Positions 9,295-20,315 are shown, numbered from the stretch's first letter. The stretch is DNA of 64,000 nucleotides from Candidatus Latescibacterota bacterium (GCA_963662665.2 CAXXJS010000031.1:1-64000), one strand, 5' to 3'. Translations and numbers: made by a program. The notes: generated by a model not told the origin, from the letters alone.

Positions 9295-10272
9295 ATGCTT
9301 CGTACAGTCGCCGTTCTGATTTTTCTGATGTTCGCCGTGGTTCCCGCAAGCGCGCAGATCGTGGAGGTAGACCCGCGAATTCCGGCTTACAAAAAGGTGA
9401 GAGGTATTTCGGGAAGCGCCAGCAGCATCGGATCGGATACGATGAACAACCTGATGGCACTGTGGCTCGAGGGCTTCCGGAAATATTACCCGAACGTGAA
9501 TGTTCAGATCGAAGGGAAGGGGTCCAGTACGGCTCCGCCCTCGCTGATCGAAGGCACCGCACAGTTCGGACCCATGTCCCGTGCGATGAAGGCAACGGAG
9601 GTAGACAAGTTCGAAAACGCTTTCGGGTTTCCGCCCACGCAACTTCGTACGGCCCTCGATGCCCTGGCCGTCTTTGTGAACAAGGACAATCCAGTTGAAG
9701 GATTGACCCTGAAGCAGGTGGATGCGATATTCTCGAAGAACCGCCGAAGGGGTTATCCCGAGGATATCACGCGATGGGGCGAGGCGGGTTGGACTGGAAC
9801 GGATGCAACTGCGATGATAAGTATGTACGGCCGAAACTCGGCATCCGGCACGTATGGCTTCTTCAAAAAGAATGCCCTGGCCAAGGGCGATTACAAGGAT
9901 GAGGTCAAGGAACAGCCGGGGTCCGCTTCCGTCGTTCAGGGGATTGCGGAAGACCGGTACGGAATCGGTTACAGCGGAATAGGATACAGGACGTCGGACG
10001 TGCGTGTGGTCCCCCTTGCGGATGATCCCACGGATGGATTCAAAGACGCCAGCATGGAAAATGTCCTTGATGGCACGTATCCGCTCGGCCGTTTCCTGTA
10101 CATTTATATTAACAAGACGCCGGGAAAGCCGCTCGACCCGATGGTACGAGAATTCTGCAGGTACATATTCTCGAAAGAGGGACAGGAAGTCATCATCAAG
10201 GATGGTTATATGCCAGTACCCTTTGAGGTCGCTGAAGAAGAACTGGCGAAGCTCGAAGCGGCCGGAATGTAG
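9295..10272 (+). CDS. pstS: Phosphate ABC transporter substrate-binding protein
   Basis: GSDTM, EGKGSSTAPP, GRNSASGT, GIGYSGIGY, YPLGRFLYIY motifs. Confidence 0.96.
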   Translation: MLRTVAVLIFLMFAVVPASAQIVEVDPRIPAYKKVRGISGSASSIGSDTMNNLMALWLEGFRKYYPNVNVQIEGKGSSTAPPSLIEGTAQFGPMSRAMKATEVDKFENAFGFPPTQLRTALDALAVFVNKDNPVEGLTLKQVDAIFSKNRRRGYPEDITRWGEAGWTGTDATAMISMYGRNSASGTYGFFKKNALAKGDYKDEVKEQPGSASVVQGIAEDRYGIGYSGIGYRTSDVRVVPLADDPTDGFKDASMENVLDGTYPLGRFLYIYINKTPGKPLDPMVREFCRYIFSKEGQEVIIKDGYMPVPFEVAEEELAKLEAAGM

Positions 10273-10325
10273 TCTGCAGTTGAACACTGTTCCGGTTCCG
10301 GGAGGAAGGGTGTAAGGTTGGGTCT

Positions 10326-12578
10326 ATGACGAATCCGAATCAATCCAGTGCTGGGAAACCCCGTTCGCTTCCAGGCATCACCCGCGCAGCACGCACGATG
10401 GACCGTCTGAGCCGATGGGTGATCGCCGTGGGCGGTGTGGGGGTGATCCTGGTTGTGCTGGGTATTCTGGCATTTGTGTTGCGTGAAGCCTACCCACTTT
10501 TCCTGTCGCCCGCGCCCGCAACGATCGTGGCGAGCCACACCGTGGACGGCAGTCAGGATCAAAGACCATTGGCGGCCGGCGCCGATCCATATCGCGAAGT
10601 TGCGTACCTGGTGCGGCCAGACGGGATCGATTTCATCCGACTGGAAACAGGTGAGACCATTCGTCGGGAACGCGGCGACATTTTTCAGAATCGACGCGTG
10701 GTATCGGTGCATCCTTCGCTTACGGACGGATACCTCGGTCTGGGCATGTCGGATGGTTACATTGCCGTGGTAAAGGTCAACTATCGTGTGACTTACCCCG
10801 AAGGGAGACGTTTCGTCACGCCCGAGTTGCATATTCAGGGTAACGTGGCGCTGGACCGGGAGGGTGAACCCGTTCCCCGGGTTTCCTATCGGAACGACGG
10901 GGCAGGTCGGTCGACCGCGGCGGGGATTACGGCGTCGGGACGGCTGCTGGTTGCGGGAATGATGAAAAAGAGGGGTCTGCTGGGCGGGGGAAAGTTCGAA
11001 ACCTATGCTTACGACCTGACGACTGAGGTTGACGGCACGCCAACAACCGTCCTGGTGGACGGGAACGGTCGGTATCTTCTGGCCGGAACGAACCGTGGAG
11101 AAGTATATTGCTGGGACATAACGGACGTTCAGGTGCAGCCGTCCCTCCTGCAGCGATTCCGTGCTTCGGACCTGGCGATTACGGCCCTCGCATATGTCCT
11201 TGGCGACGTATCGGTGGTTATTGGCGACGCCGGCGGGCATGTGAGTACCTGGTTTCCCGTGCGCGGACCGGACAGCAGCGTTTACGCGTCGTTTCGAAGG
11301 ATCCACGTCTTTCGTTCCCATCGCACGGCGGTGAACGCCATTGCGCCGTCCGCGCGCGACAAACAGTTCCTGACCGGCAGCATCGGCGGACACGTAATGC
11401 TGCACCATATGACGACCGGTCAGACGTTTTTCGAACTGGCGGAAGGATCTGAGGTAACCGATCTGACGTTTGCGCCCAAAGCTGACGGGTTCGTCAGTAT
11501 CGACGCAAACGGACGGATGAACCATTACCGGCTGTTCAGCCCACATACGGAAGTGACGCTTGAAACACTGTTCGGCAGGGTCTGGTACGAGGGATATTCC
11601 GAGCCGGAGTACGTCTGGCAGTCCACGGGCGGTACCGACGAGTTCGAGCCCAAACTGAGCATTATCCCTCTGGCTTACGGCACGGCAAAGGGCACGTTTT
11701 ACGCGATGTTTTTCGCGCTGCCACTGGCTGTACTCGCCGCCATCTACACCTCCGAGTTCGCGCACCCGAGAGTACGTAACGTGGTAAAACCCACGGTGGA
11801 GTTGATGGCATCGCTGCCAAGCGTGATTCTCGGGTTTCTTGGCGGTCTCTGGCTGGCGCCGTTGCTCGAACGCCAGGTGGTAGGGGTTTTGCTGCTGTTG
11901 CCCACCGTGGCCCTGACGATCATCTCTGCTTCCTGGGTCTGGTCCAGGCTGCCCGGCCACCTGAAGAACCGACTGCCGGGACCTGAGGTGTTCTACGTGC
12001 TGGTGTCCCTTGTGGGGGTCTGGCTGGCGTTTGCGCTCGGGCCGTGGCTGGAAGGGGCATTCTGGGGAGGTGATTTTCAACGATGGCTGGCCGACTCCAC
12101 CAGCACCCGCTATGACCAGAGGAACTGCCTTGTCGTGGGTTTCGCGATGGGTTTTGCGGTAATACCTATTATCTATACGATTTGCGAAGACGCGCTCACA
12201 AGCGTCCCTTCGCACCTGAGGGCCGGATCCCTGGCACTAGGCGCGACACCGTGGCAGACGGCCGTTCGGGTGGTGCTCCCCACCGCCAGCCCGGGGATTT
12301 TTTCGGCGACAATGATCGGATTCGGACGGGCGGTCGGCGAAACGATGATCGTCCTGATGGCTACCGGGAATACCCCCATTATGGACTGGAGCATCTTCAA
12401 CGGGATGCGCACCACGTCGGCCAACATCGCCGTTGAAATCCCCGAGGCGCCGCACGAGGGTACGCTCTATCGCGTACTCTTTCTCACCGGCGTGCTGCTT
12501 GCGGGAGTGACGTTCATCGTCAACACCGTCGCGGAAATCGTGCGGCAACGGCTTCGAGAACGTTACAGCAGGATATAG
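10326..12578 (+). CDS. pstC: Phosphate ABC transporter permease, long form with WD40-like periplasmic domain
   Basis: KPTVELMASLPSV, GSLALGATPWQT, GRAVGETMIVLMATGNTP motifs. Confidence 0.93.
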   Translation: MTNPNQSSAGKPRSLPGITRAARTMDRLSRWVIAVGGVGVILVVLGILAFVLREAYPLFLSPAPATIVASHTVDGSQDQRPLAAGADPYREVAYLVRPDGIDFIRLETGETIRRERGDIFQNRRVVSVHPSLTDGYLGLGMSDGYIAVVKVNYRVTYPEGRRFVTPELHIQGNVALDREGEPVPRVSYRNDGAGRSTAAGITASGRLLVAGMMKKRGLLGGGKFETYAYDLTTEVDGTPTTVLVDGNGRYLLAGTNRGEVYCWDITDVQVQPSLLQRFRASDLAITALAYVLGDVSVVIGDAGGHVSTWFPVRGPDSSVYASFRRIHVFRSHRTAVNAIAPSARDKQFLTGSIGGHVMLHHMTTGQTFFELAEGSEVTDLTFAPKADGFVSIDANGRMNHYRLFSPHTEVTLETLFGRVWYEGYSEPEYVWQSTGGTDEFEPKLSIIPLAYGTAKGTFYAMFFALPLAVLAAIYTSEFAHPRVRNVVKPTVELMASLPSVILGFLGGLWLAPLLERQVVGVLLLLPTVALTIISASWVWSRLPGHLKNRLPGPEVFYVLVSLVGVWLAFALGPWLEGAFWGGDFQRWLADSTSTRYDQRNCLVVGFAMGFAVIPIIYTICEDALTSVPSHLRAGSLALGATPWQTAVRVVLPTASPGIFSATMIGFGRAVGETMIVLMATGNTPIMDWSIFNGMRTTSANIAVEIPEAPHEGTLYRVLFLTGVLLAGVTFIVNTVAEIVRQRLRERYSRI

Positions 12579-12698
12579 ATTCCTGCGCTTTCACGCCGTT
12601 CAGGCGCGAGTTGAGTACAAATAGTACAGCGTATTGTGCACAACGGGTCCTCGTTTCCGTATCCCGTTTGCCCGCAATGCGCGTCTGGGGCAAATTGA

Positions 12699-14303
12699 AT
12701 GAACGGTATCTGGAAATCCGGGCAGGCCTATATCTGGCTGACGGGAGGTGCGCTCGCGTTCTGCGTCCTGATGATTGCAGGACTGATCGGCCTGGTGGTC
12801 TATAACGGAATTGGCTTTTTCTGGCCCGCTGAACTGACGGCGTTTCGTCTCAACGGCGGCGCCCTCGTGATGGGACAGATTTGGGACCGGCAGGAGATTC
12901 CCGACCGCGGCGAGGAATACCGGGTTCAATTGAAAGTGGCGAACCGGGACGCGTACGGCGATGACTTCAGGTGGGTTGACGAGTCAAGCATTCTGGACCG
13001 AACACTGCCTGTTGACGCGGTGGTTTTCGAGCGGCGGGAATGGGGGCAACTGTTCGGCTTCGTGGACGCCGTGTACGAGGCCGACGACAAAGTGGCCGGA
13101 GGCGGTCCTGCAGGCTGGACGGCGTTTCAGATGCAGTTGCGGCGTACGGGCGCGCTTCTGGACCAGGTTCGGGACATCGAGCACAACGCCCTATCGGACC
13201 TCGGCAGACGGACCGAGAAGATTCGCCTGGAGAAACGAAGGCTTGAACTGGCGCCGGACACGCGGCAGGAGCAAGTGTCTGAACTCGACGTAAGAAACCG
13301 TGAAAATTGGACGCAGTACGAATCTCTCGCAGCCGAACTGAACCGCCTGAGGGCCGAGAGCGAAGTCCCGCAACTGGACGTCCGGCTGGCGGGCGGGGAG
13401 ATAAGACGGGTGGCAGTGGCGGACGTCGTGCGGGCGTATCGTCCCAACAACCTGAGCGTCTTCGGCAAGACCGGCGTGTACCTTGAACGGGTCTGGGAAT
13501 TTCTCTCCGCTGAACCTCGCGAATCCAACACCGAAGGCGGCGTGTTCCCGGCGATCTTCGGTACCGTATTGATGGTCATTCTGATGAGTCTGGCGGCAGT
13601 GCCGTTCGGGGTTCTGGCGGCGCTCTACCTGCGCGAATACGCCCGCCAGGGTCCGCTTGTTCGCGCGATCCGGATCGCGGTGAACAACCTCGCCGGAGTG
13701 CCTTCGATCGTCTTCGGTATGTTCGGTCTGGGATTCTTCGTTTACGGCGTTGGCGGCAGTCTGGACCGGCTCTTTTTCCCCGAAGCGTTACCCGCCCCCA
13801 CGTTCGGCACCGGCGGAATTCTCTGGGCGTCGCTCACTCTGGCTCTTCTGACCGTACCGGTGATGATCGTGGCTTCGGAGGAGGCACTGGCGTCCGTTCC
13901 CGGGGATGTAAGGGAGGGTTCGCTTGCGTTGGGCGCCACCCAGTTTCAGACCATCTGGCGGGTGGTCCTTCCCGCGGCGCTGCCGGGAATTCTGACAGGC
14001 ATTGTCCTCGTGGTGGCCAGGGGCGCGGGCGAGGTGGCGCCGTTGATGATTACGGGCGTGGTCAAGCTTGCGCCCACGCTGCCCGTGGACGGCGCCTGGC
14101 CGTTTTTTCACCTGGAGCGCAAGTTCATGCACCTGGGCTTCCATATCTATGACGTGGGCTTCCAGTCTCCCAACGTGGAGGCGGCCCGGCCGATGGTCTA
14201 TACCACAACCCTGCTGCTGATGTTCATCGTGCTCGCACTGAACCTGACCGCGATCCAGGTCCGGTCGCGTTTGCGCAAGCGGTACCAGAAAATCGGTCTG
14301 TAA
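12699..14303 (+). CDS. pstA: Phosphate ABC transporter permease
   Basis: PRESNTEGGVFPAIFGT, NLAGVPSIVFG, ARGAGEVAPL motifs. Confidence 0.95.
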   Translation: MNGIWKSGQAYIWLTGGALAFCVLMIAGLIGLVVYNGIGFFWPAELTAFRLNGGALVMGQIWDRQEIPDRGEEYRVQLKVANRDAYGDDFRWVDESSILDRTLPVDAVVFERREWGQLFGFVDAVYEADDKVAGGGPAGWTAFQMQLRRTGALLDQVRDIEHNALSDLGRRTEKIRLEKRRLELAPDTRQEQVSELDVRNRENWTQYESLAAELNRLRAESEVPQLDVRLAGGEIRRVAVADVVRAYRPNNLSVFGKTGVYLERVWEFLSAEPRESNTEGGVFPAIFGTVLMVILMSLAAVPFGVLAALYLREYARQGPLVRAIRIAVNNLAGVPSIVFGMFGLGFFVYGVGGSLDRLFFPEALPAPTFGTGGILWASLTLALLTVPVMIVASEEALASVPGDVREGSLALGATQFQTIWRVVLPAALPGILTGIVLVVARGAGEVAPLMITGVVKLAPTLPVDGAWPFFHLERKFMHLGFHIYDVGFQSPNVEAARPMVYTTTLLLMFIVLALNLTAIQVRSRLRKRYQKIGL

Positions 14304-14381
14304 CGACTTCCCCTGTCGAAACATCGGGATGCGTAGTCCGGACGGTTCTCGTGAGGAACTTTCAACCAGGAGTTAACAGGG

Positions 14382-15194
14382 ATGGACGTGGAAACAACGG
14401 CGGGTGACGCGGGTTCGACGCGGGACGGCTCTGAAATTGAAAATCCTGTTGTAGAAGTAGAGTCCCTGAACCTGTATTACGGCGACACCCAGGCACTGCA
14501 CGACGTCAGTCTGACCGTGCCACGACACAACGTCACCGCGTTTATCGGGCCGTCGGGCTGCGGGAAGTCGACGCTGCTGCGATGTATGAATCGATTGAAC
14601 GATCTGATCGACTCGGTGAGCATAGATGGCGCGGTCCGGATCGAAGGGGAGGACATCTATGCCCACGGCTACGACGTGATTTCACTTCGACGGCTGGTGG
14701 GTATGGTTTTTCAGAAGTCGAATCCCTTTCCCAAGTCGATCTACGAAAACGTGGTGTACGGATTGCGAATCGCGGGGGAGAATCGGCGTTCCGATCTTGA
14801 CGAGGTGGCGGAGCGAAGCCTCCGCGCGGCAGCGCTCTGGGACGAGGTCAAGGATCGACTGGACGCGTCAGCGCTCGGGCTCTCCGGAGGGCAGCAGCAG
14901 CGGCTTTGCATCGCCCGGGCGATCGCCGTGGAACCGTCCGTGATTCTGATGGATGAGCCCTGTTCGGCGCTTGACCCGATTGCGACCGGGCGAATTGAAG
15001 AGACGATCGAGGAGCTGAAGAAACAATACACCATTGCGATTGTTACCCACAACCTCCAGCAGGCTTCCCGTATCTCGGACCGGACGGCTTTCTTCTACCT
15101 GGGAAAGCTCGTGGAATACTCGCGGACGGAAGAGATGTTCACGAACCCGAGGCGGAAGCAGACGGAGGACTATGTGACGGGCAGGTTCGGTTAG
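14382..15194 (+). CDS. pstB: Phosphate ABC transporter ATP-binding protein
   Basis: [32 protein letters not shown] and terminal YVTGRFG. Confidence 0.97.
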   Translation: MDVETTAGDAGSTRDGSEIENPVVEVESLNLYYGDTQALHDVSLTVPRHNVTAFIGPSGCGKSTLLRCMNRLNDLIDSVSIDGAVRIEGEDIYAHGYDVISLRRLVGMVFQKSNPFPKSIYENVVYGLRIAGENRRSDLDEVAERSLRAAALWDEVKDRLDASALGLSGGQQQRLCIARAIAVEPSVILMDEPCSALDPIATGRIEETIEELKKQYTIAIVTHNLQQASRISDRTAFFYLGKLVEYSRTEEMFTNPRRKQTEDYVTGRFG

Positions 15195-15245
15195 TCCAAT
15201 CGCCGTACAGCAATTGCACGCGGGATTCATTAAACAGGATGCGTT

Positions 15246-15926
15246 ATGGAACGGACATTTGATCAGAGGTTGGGGCAACTGAAGAGCGAGTTGCTGAAGA
15301 TGGGCGGCGCCGTCGAAGCGTCCATTGCGCACGCCGTAGAAAGCCTGGTGGACAGAGACAACGCGCTGGCGGATTCCGTGGTTTCCGGCGGCAGGTCCAT
15401 CGACGAATGGGAAGTGGCAATCGAAGAAGACTGCCTGAAGCTGCTGGCCGTGACCCAGCCCGTGGCGGGCGATCTGCGTCTGATCGCGACGGTAATGAAA
15501 ATCAACTACGACCTTGAAAGGATCAACGATCAGTCGGTGAATATCGCGGAACGCGCCTCTGTGCTGAACCGGACGTCCCTGTTGAAACCGCTTATCGATA
15601 TCCCCAGGATGGCGGAACTCGTCCGCGGCATGGTCAAGGATGCGCTGGACGCGTTTGTAAATCGAAACGTGGACCTGGCGAACGACGTACGCCGGCGAGA
15701 CGACGTGGTGGACGGCTTGAGGGACCAGATTTTCAGGGAGTTACTGACGTATCTTCATTATCGTGCGGAACCGGACGTCATCGATCGTGCGATTCATCTG
15801 ATTCTGGTGTCCCGGCACCTGGAGCGAATGGGAGACCACGCATCCAACATCGCCGAAAACGCTGTCTACCTGGTGCAGGGGCGGATCGTGCGGCACCAGA
15901 AGGAGAATATCGGCGAAGAGGAATGA
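15246..15926 (+). CDS. phoU: Phosphate signalling complex protein PhoU
   Basis: QPVAGDLR, DLERINDQ, LERMGDHASNIAE motifs. Confidence 0.96.
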   Translation: MERTFDQRLGQLKSELLKMGGAVEASIAHAVESLVDRDNALADSVVSGGRSIDEWEVAIEEDCLKLLAVTQPVAGDLRLIATVMKINYDLERINDQSVNIAERASVLNRTSLLKPLIDIPRMAELVRGMVKDALDAFVNRNVDLANDVRRRDDVVDGLRDQIFRELLTYLHYRAEPDVIDRAIHLILVSRHLERMGDHASNIAENAVYLVQGRIVRHQKENIGEEE

Positions 15927-16026
15927 CGGATTGTGAAAGCGGACCCATGCGGCGAGAAGATTCCCGCCTTCATGACGGCGGCAGTCCTTGTCCGGACAGG
16001 TCCGAGTTCAAAACCGCGTGCCTGGT

Positions 16027-16046
16027 AAAGGCTGCGGCCTTTTTTA
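16027..16046 (+). terminator. Possible intrinsic terminator after phoU
   Basis: AAAGGC-TGCG-GCCTTT followed by a T run. Confidence 0.45.
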
Positions 16047-16149
16047 TGGTTCGCACATGCCCTCCAGGAAGCGAAAAAGGGCTTGTTATGCGGTTCCAAA
16101 CCCGTATATTTAGGCGATCGGGACCATTTTTCGGGAGGGATTCTTCTCG

Positions 16150-16689
16150 GTGGGGAGCGATCATACCGCGCATCACGTGGACGGCGCTCGCTATTGCGAG
16201 CGATGCAGCCAGACGCTGGTTACAAAACGGATCGAAGGCCACAATCGCCCGGTTTGTCCGGCTTGTGAGTTCGTGGTATACCTGGATCCGAAAGTGGCGG
16301 CCGGCGTGATCGTTACGCTGGGCGACGAGGTGGTGCTACTGAAGCGGGGCATCGAACCCGGGATGGGGAAGTGGGTCTTTCCGGGCGGATACGTCGACCG
16401 GGGCGAACAGGTGGAAGCCGCGGCAGCCCGGGAAGCCAGGGAAGAGGTGGGGCTTGTGGTACAAATTCAAGACCTGCTGGGCGTGTATTCCTATCCGAAC
16501 GTACCAACGGTCCTGGTTGTGTACACCGGTGCGGTGGTCGGAGGTGAACTGAAGGGGAACTTCGAGACGCTGGAGGTACGGACGTACCCTCCGGGCCGGA
16601 TTCCCTGGTCCGAACTTGCATTTCGCAGTACGGTCGAGGCGCTACGCACGTGGCAGGCGCGACAGGCGGTGCGCGGCGGTATTTCGTGA
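16150..16689 (+). CDS. NUDIX hydrolase with N-terminal zinc ribbon
   Basis: CERC..CPAC plus Nudix box [24 protein letters not shown]. Confidence 0.9.
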   Translation: MGSDHTAHHVDGARYCERCSQTLVTKRIEGHNRPVCPACEFVVYLDPKVAAGVIVTLGDEVVLLKRGIEPGMGKWVFPGGYVDRGEQVEAAAAREAREEVGLVVQIQDLLGVYSYPNVPTVLVVYTGAVVGGELKGNFETLEVRTYPPGRIPWSELAFRSTVEALRTWQARQAVRGGIS

Positions 16690-16725
16690 CGGTCCCTGGG
16701 CTGAGAAAGGGGAGATACGGGTCGG

Positions 16726-17640
16726 ATGTTAAAGTCTATAGAAGAAGTCGAATCGCGGTTTGGTCGTGAGGGGTATATCGCCGATAGGACGCTGGCCACA
16801 ACGGTCTATCTGGCCGTGGCGCTGGGAAAACCGATATTTCTGGAGGGCGAACCGGGCGTAGGAAAGACAGAGGTTGCCAAAGTGATGGCGCAGATCCTGG
16901 AAACGGATCTGATACGGTTGCAGTGTTACGAGGGCCTCGATGCCAATACGGCGCTGTACGAGTGGAACTATCCGCGGCAGATGCTGGAGATGCGCCTGGA
17001 AGAGGCCAGGGGCATGGAAAAGCAGGAGATCGGCCGCAGTATATTCAGCGAGGATTTCCTGCTGAAACGGCCGCTTCTGCAAGCAATTCAGGGCAGCGGA
17101 AGCAACCCGCCGGTGCTGTTGATCGACGAGGTGGACCGGTCCGACGAAGAGTTCGAGGCCTTTCTGCTGGAAGTGTTGTCGGATTTCCAGATCACCATCC
17201 CCGAAATCGGAACGATTTCAGCGCAGAAGGTGCCGTTTGTCGTGCTTACCTCCAACCGCACGCGGGAGTTGCACGACGCCCTCAAACGGCGCTGTCTCTA
17301 CCTGTGGATCGACTATCCGACGTTCAGGAAAGAAATGGAAATTGTCGCGTCCCGGGTTCCCCGCATTCAGGCGGGGCTGGCTCAGCAGGTGTGCGGGTTC
17401 ATGCAACTGATGCGGACGCGCGATTTCTATAAGAGACCCGGCATCGCGGAAACCATCGATTGGGCACTTGCACTGATGCAGATGGAAATTGATGAACTCG
17501 ATTCCGAAACCGTGAACGCCACGCTGGGCTGTGTCCTGAAGTATAAGGAAGATATAGAAAAACTCCAGGAGGATGGACTGCCGCAGATCATCGAAAAGGC
17601 GAGGGCGCTGAAGGACCGGGCATTGCGGCCGAAGAATTGA
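16726..17640 (+). CDS. MoxR-family AAA+ ATPase (CoxD-like)
   Basis: LEGEPGVGKT, RLQCYEGLD..ALYEWNY, LLIDEVDR, TSNRTRELHDALKRRC. Confidence 0.92.
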   Translation: MLKSIEEVESRFGREGYIADRTLATTVYLAVALGKPIFLEGEPGVGKTEVAKVMAQILETDLIRLQCYEGLDANTALYEWNYPRQMLEMRLEEARGMEKQEIGRSIFSEDFLLKRPLLQAIQGSGSNPPVLLIDEVDRSDEEFEAFLLEVLSDFQITIPEIGTISAQKVPFVVLTSNRTRELHDALKRRCLYLWIDYPTFRKEMEIVASRVPRIQAGLAQQVCGFMQLMRTRDFYKRPGIAETIDWALALMQMEIDELDSETVNATLGCVLKYKEDIEKLQEDGLPQIIEKARALKDRALRPKN

Positions 17641-18836
17641 CGTCAGAGCAGAACAACCAACGTTTCCACGGGTTGGACCGCATGAATACAGGATGGCTTG
17701 AAGACAGGAGTATGATGGGACGGGTGGTGGCCTTTTCACGGGCGTTGCACGGAGCCGGAGTCGAGGTGAATTCCGGCAATCTCATCGACTTCTGCCAGAG
17801 TTTCAGGTTCATTGATATCGGCAGGCGCGGAGATTTCTACGCGGCCGCGCGGGCCACGCTGGTTTCCCGTTTCGACGATCTGGAGACGTTCGACCGGGTC
17901 TTCCACGCATTCTGGAGTTCCCCGGTTCGAACCATGGATTTGGAGGTTAATGAAGAAGACGCCGACGATCAGAACCTCGAAGCATCGGATCAACCCGACG
18001 ATTCCGTCGATACGGTGACAGAAGAGGAAGACGACGGGGACGCGGAGGGGGACTCGGAGGAGGTTGGGTACAGTCCCGAGGAGGCGCTGATGGGCAAGGA
18101 TCTGGCCGCCATGAACGACAAAGAGATTGAGAAGGCCAGGCAGGTCATCGCGCAGATCGTGGACATCATCGCCAACAGACGCAGCCGGCGGAGGGAGCCG
18201 CAGAAGCGGGGCGTGGAGATCGACTTCCGGCGGACCTGGCGGCGGAACGCGCTCTACGGACGCGACGGCGTGGCCCTGGCCAGACGCCGGCGCCGGATCA
18301 AGAAAACAAAGCTGATGCTGTTGTGCGACGTGAGCGGTTCGATGGACTGCTACAGCCAGTTCCTGATTCAGTTCATCTATGCGCTGAAGCGGGAGATCCG
18401 GGACGTCGAGGTTGGGGTTTTCTCCACCCGGATGACTCCGATTTCCAGGCTGCTGAAGAACAAGAGTGTGGAGGAATCGCTCCAGGAAGTGGCGGATACG
18501 GTGCACGATTGGGCGGGGGGAACGGACATAGGCGGCTGCCTGCGGGAATTCAACGACCGGTTTGCCCGGGAGATGTTGAAGGCGAAGACGGTCATGATTA
18601 TCGTAAGTGACGGGTGGGACCGCGGAGACGCGGAACTCATGCGACGGGAGATGGAGCGATTACGCAGACGCGTACACAAACTGATGTGGCTGAATCCCCT
18701 GCTGGGCAGTCCCGGGTATCAGCCGCTTTGTCTGGGCATGAAAACGGCGTTGCCCTACCTCGATCATTTCATGGCTGCGCACAACCTCGAGAGTCTGGTG
18801 CAGCTGGCAAAAACACTGCGGTCGGTCTGGAGATGA
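17637..18836 (+). CDS. VWA-domain protein (CoxE-like)
   Basis: MIDAS DVSGSM, WAGGTDIG, SDGWDRGD, WLNPL motifs; overlaps the MoxR stop codon. Confidence 0.9.
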   Translation: MTSEQNNQRFHGLDRMNTGWLEDRSMMGRVVAFSRALHGAGVEVNSGNLIDFCQSFRFIDIGRRGDFYAAARATLVSRFDDLETFDRVFHAFWSSPVRTMDLEVNEEDADDQNLEASDQPDDSVDTVTEEEDDGDAEGDSEEVGYSPEEALMGKDLAAMNDKEIEKARQVIAQIVDIIANRRSRRREPQKRGVEIDFRRTWRRNALYGRDGVALARRRRRIKKTKLMLLCDVSGSMDCYSQFLIQFIYALKREIRDVEVGVFSTRMTPISRLLKNKSVEESLQEVADTVHDWAGGTDIGGCLREFNDRFAREMLKAKTVMIIVSDGWDRGDAELMRREMERLRRRVHKLMWLNPLLGSPGYQPLCLGMKTALPYLDHFMAAHNLESLVQLAKTLRSVWR

Positions 18837-18893
18837 GGCCGCAGGTGCGCGAAAACACGGAATCCCGGTCCGGCATCCGGCATTGAGAAGGGG

Positions 18894-20000
18894 GTGGTTC
18901 TGGTGAAAGACGTGTTCTCAGAAGCCCTGAACCTTATTTCTTCGGGACAGAATGCGGCGCTGTCGACAATCGTGTCCAGCAAGGGATCGCTGCCGATGAG
19001 CAAGAAGGCGAAGATGCTCGTGCGCCCCGATGGCAAGATTGTGGGTACGGTTGGCGGCGGCTGCCTGGAGGCGGATGTATGGGCCGAAGCCCGTGAGGTG
19101 ATGGAATCGGGCGTACCCACGCTCCAGCGTTTTATCCTGACCGAAGAACACGCTGGCGAAAACGGATTGAACTGCGGTGGAAACGTGGAGATTTTCACGG
19201 AGCCGCTGTACCGTGGCCGGTCAGAGACCGTACTTGAAAACGTGGCCGGGATCCGCAGGGCGCGGGAATCGGCGGTGCTGGCCACCCTCGTGTCCGGAGG
19301 CGACCCCTCCAAATGGAGCGAAAAACTGCTGGTCCGGGCAGACGGGACAACCGTGGGATCCCTGGGCTGGGCGGAGGCCAACGCCGCGATCCTCAGCGAA
19401 GTGGCTGAAATGGAAACGATTCCGGAGAATCTGCTGGAGGTGGTATCGCTGGACGTGGGTGATTCCGGGGACCCGCTGAAGGTCTTCATTGAGTCGATCT
19501 GCCCTGAGCCAACGCTCTACCTGTTCGGCGGCGGGCACGTTTCGTTCGCCATCGCACGGGTCGCCGTCTCCGTCGGCTTTCGAATCGTCGTTATCGACGA
19601 CCGTCCCATGTTCGCCAACAAAGAGCGGTTTCCCATGGCGGACGAAACGCTCACGCTTGACATGGAGACGGCATTCGAACACCTGGACATAGACGACCTG
19701 TCCTATATTGTCGCCGTAACCCGGGGACACCAGCACGATAAGCCGGTGGTGGAACAGGCGGTTTGGACCGATGCGGCATATATCGGCATGATCGGCAGCA
19801 GGCGCAAAATTGCGCTGATGTGGAAGGAACTGGAGACGAAGGGAATCAGCAGGCAGCGCCTGGAGGAGGTACACGCACCCATCGGACTGGACATTGGCGC
19901 GGATTCCCCGGAGGAAATCGCCATCAGCGTGGTTTCAGAGTTGATCCAGGCGCGCCGTTCAAGTGGCAAACCCTCGCACGGAGCCCGCGCGACATCATGA
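18894..20000 (+). CDS. xdhC: XdhC/CoxI-family molybdenum-cofactor maturation factor
   Basis: GTVGGGCLE, CGG, FGGGHV, TRGHQHD, YIGMIGSRRK, PIGLDIGADSPEEIAISV. Confidence 0.9.
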   Translation: MVLVKDVFSEALNLISSGQNAALSTIVSSKGSLPMSKKAKMLVRPDGKIVGTVGGGCLEADVWAEAREVMESGVPTLQRFILTEEHAGENGLNCGGNVEIFTEPLYRGRSETVLENVAGIRRARESAVLATLVSGGDPSKWSEKLLVRADGTTVGSLGWAEANAAILSEVAEMETIPENLLEVVSLDVGDSGDPLKVFIESICPEPTLYLFGGGHVSFAIARVAVSVGFRIVVIDDRPMFANKERFPMADETLTLDMETAFEHLDIDDLSYIVAVTRGHQHDKPVVEQAVWTDAAYIGMIGSRRKIALMWKELETKGISRQRLEEVHAPIGLDIGADSPEEIAISVVSELIQARRSSGKPSHGARATS

Positions 20001-20123
20001 TCTCCAGGCGTGTGACGTAAGAAGGAAGGCGTAGAGGATCACACCCATCCCCCAATGGTCCTTTCTCGCATTGTCTTGCGTGACTTACCTCTTCCCTCTC
20101 ACTGCTCTTGAACAGGTGAAATC

Positions 20124-20175
20124 GGCCGTCCGGCCTGGCGTTTCACGCCAACATCTCGGACGGCCAGTTTTTTTT
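20124..20175 (+). terminator. Hairpin plus T-tract after xdhC, containing an inner palindrome
   Basis: GGCCGTCCG (20124-32) pairs with CGGACGGCC (20157-65), followed by a T-rich run; inner TGGCGT-TTC-ACGCCA. Confidence 0.6.
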
Positions 20176-20226
20176 GTTGTCATATATCTTTTTATTAAAC
20201 AATAATTTAACTAAATATTCGATTCC

Positions 20227-20242
20227 TGGCACGGCATTTGTT
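20227..20242 (+). promoter_or_regulatory. Sigma-54 (-24/-12) promoter upstream of pspA
   Basis: TGGCACG-GCAT-TTGT matches TGGCACG-N4-TTGC with one mismatch; an AT-rich (IHF-like) tract lies just upstream. Confidence 0.75.
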
Positions 20243-20315
20243 TACTCCTTGGGCGGGATGCAGGCTGGAATTCCGCAAGAGGAAACATCTCACCCACTTG
20301 TGAAAGGAGACTGAC

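Noticed and set aside
10206-12215. 669-aa minus-strand ORF
   Set aside because: Antisense shadow of pstC.
10326-14303. Unusually long PstC and PstA as a novelty
   Set aside because: Long forms with periplasmic domains are already known, for example in Pseudomonas-type pst operons.
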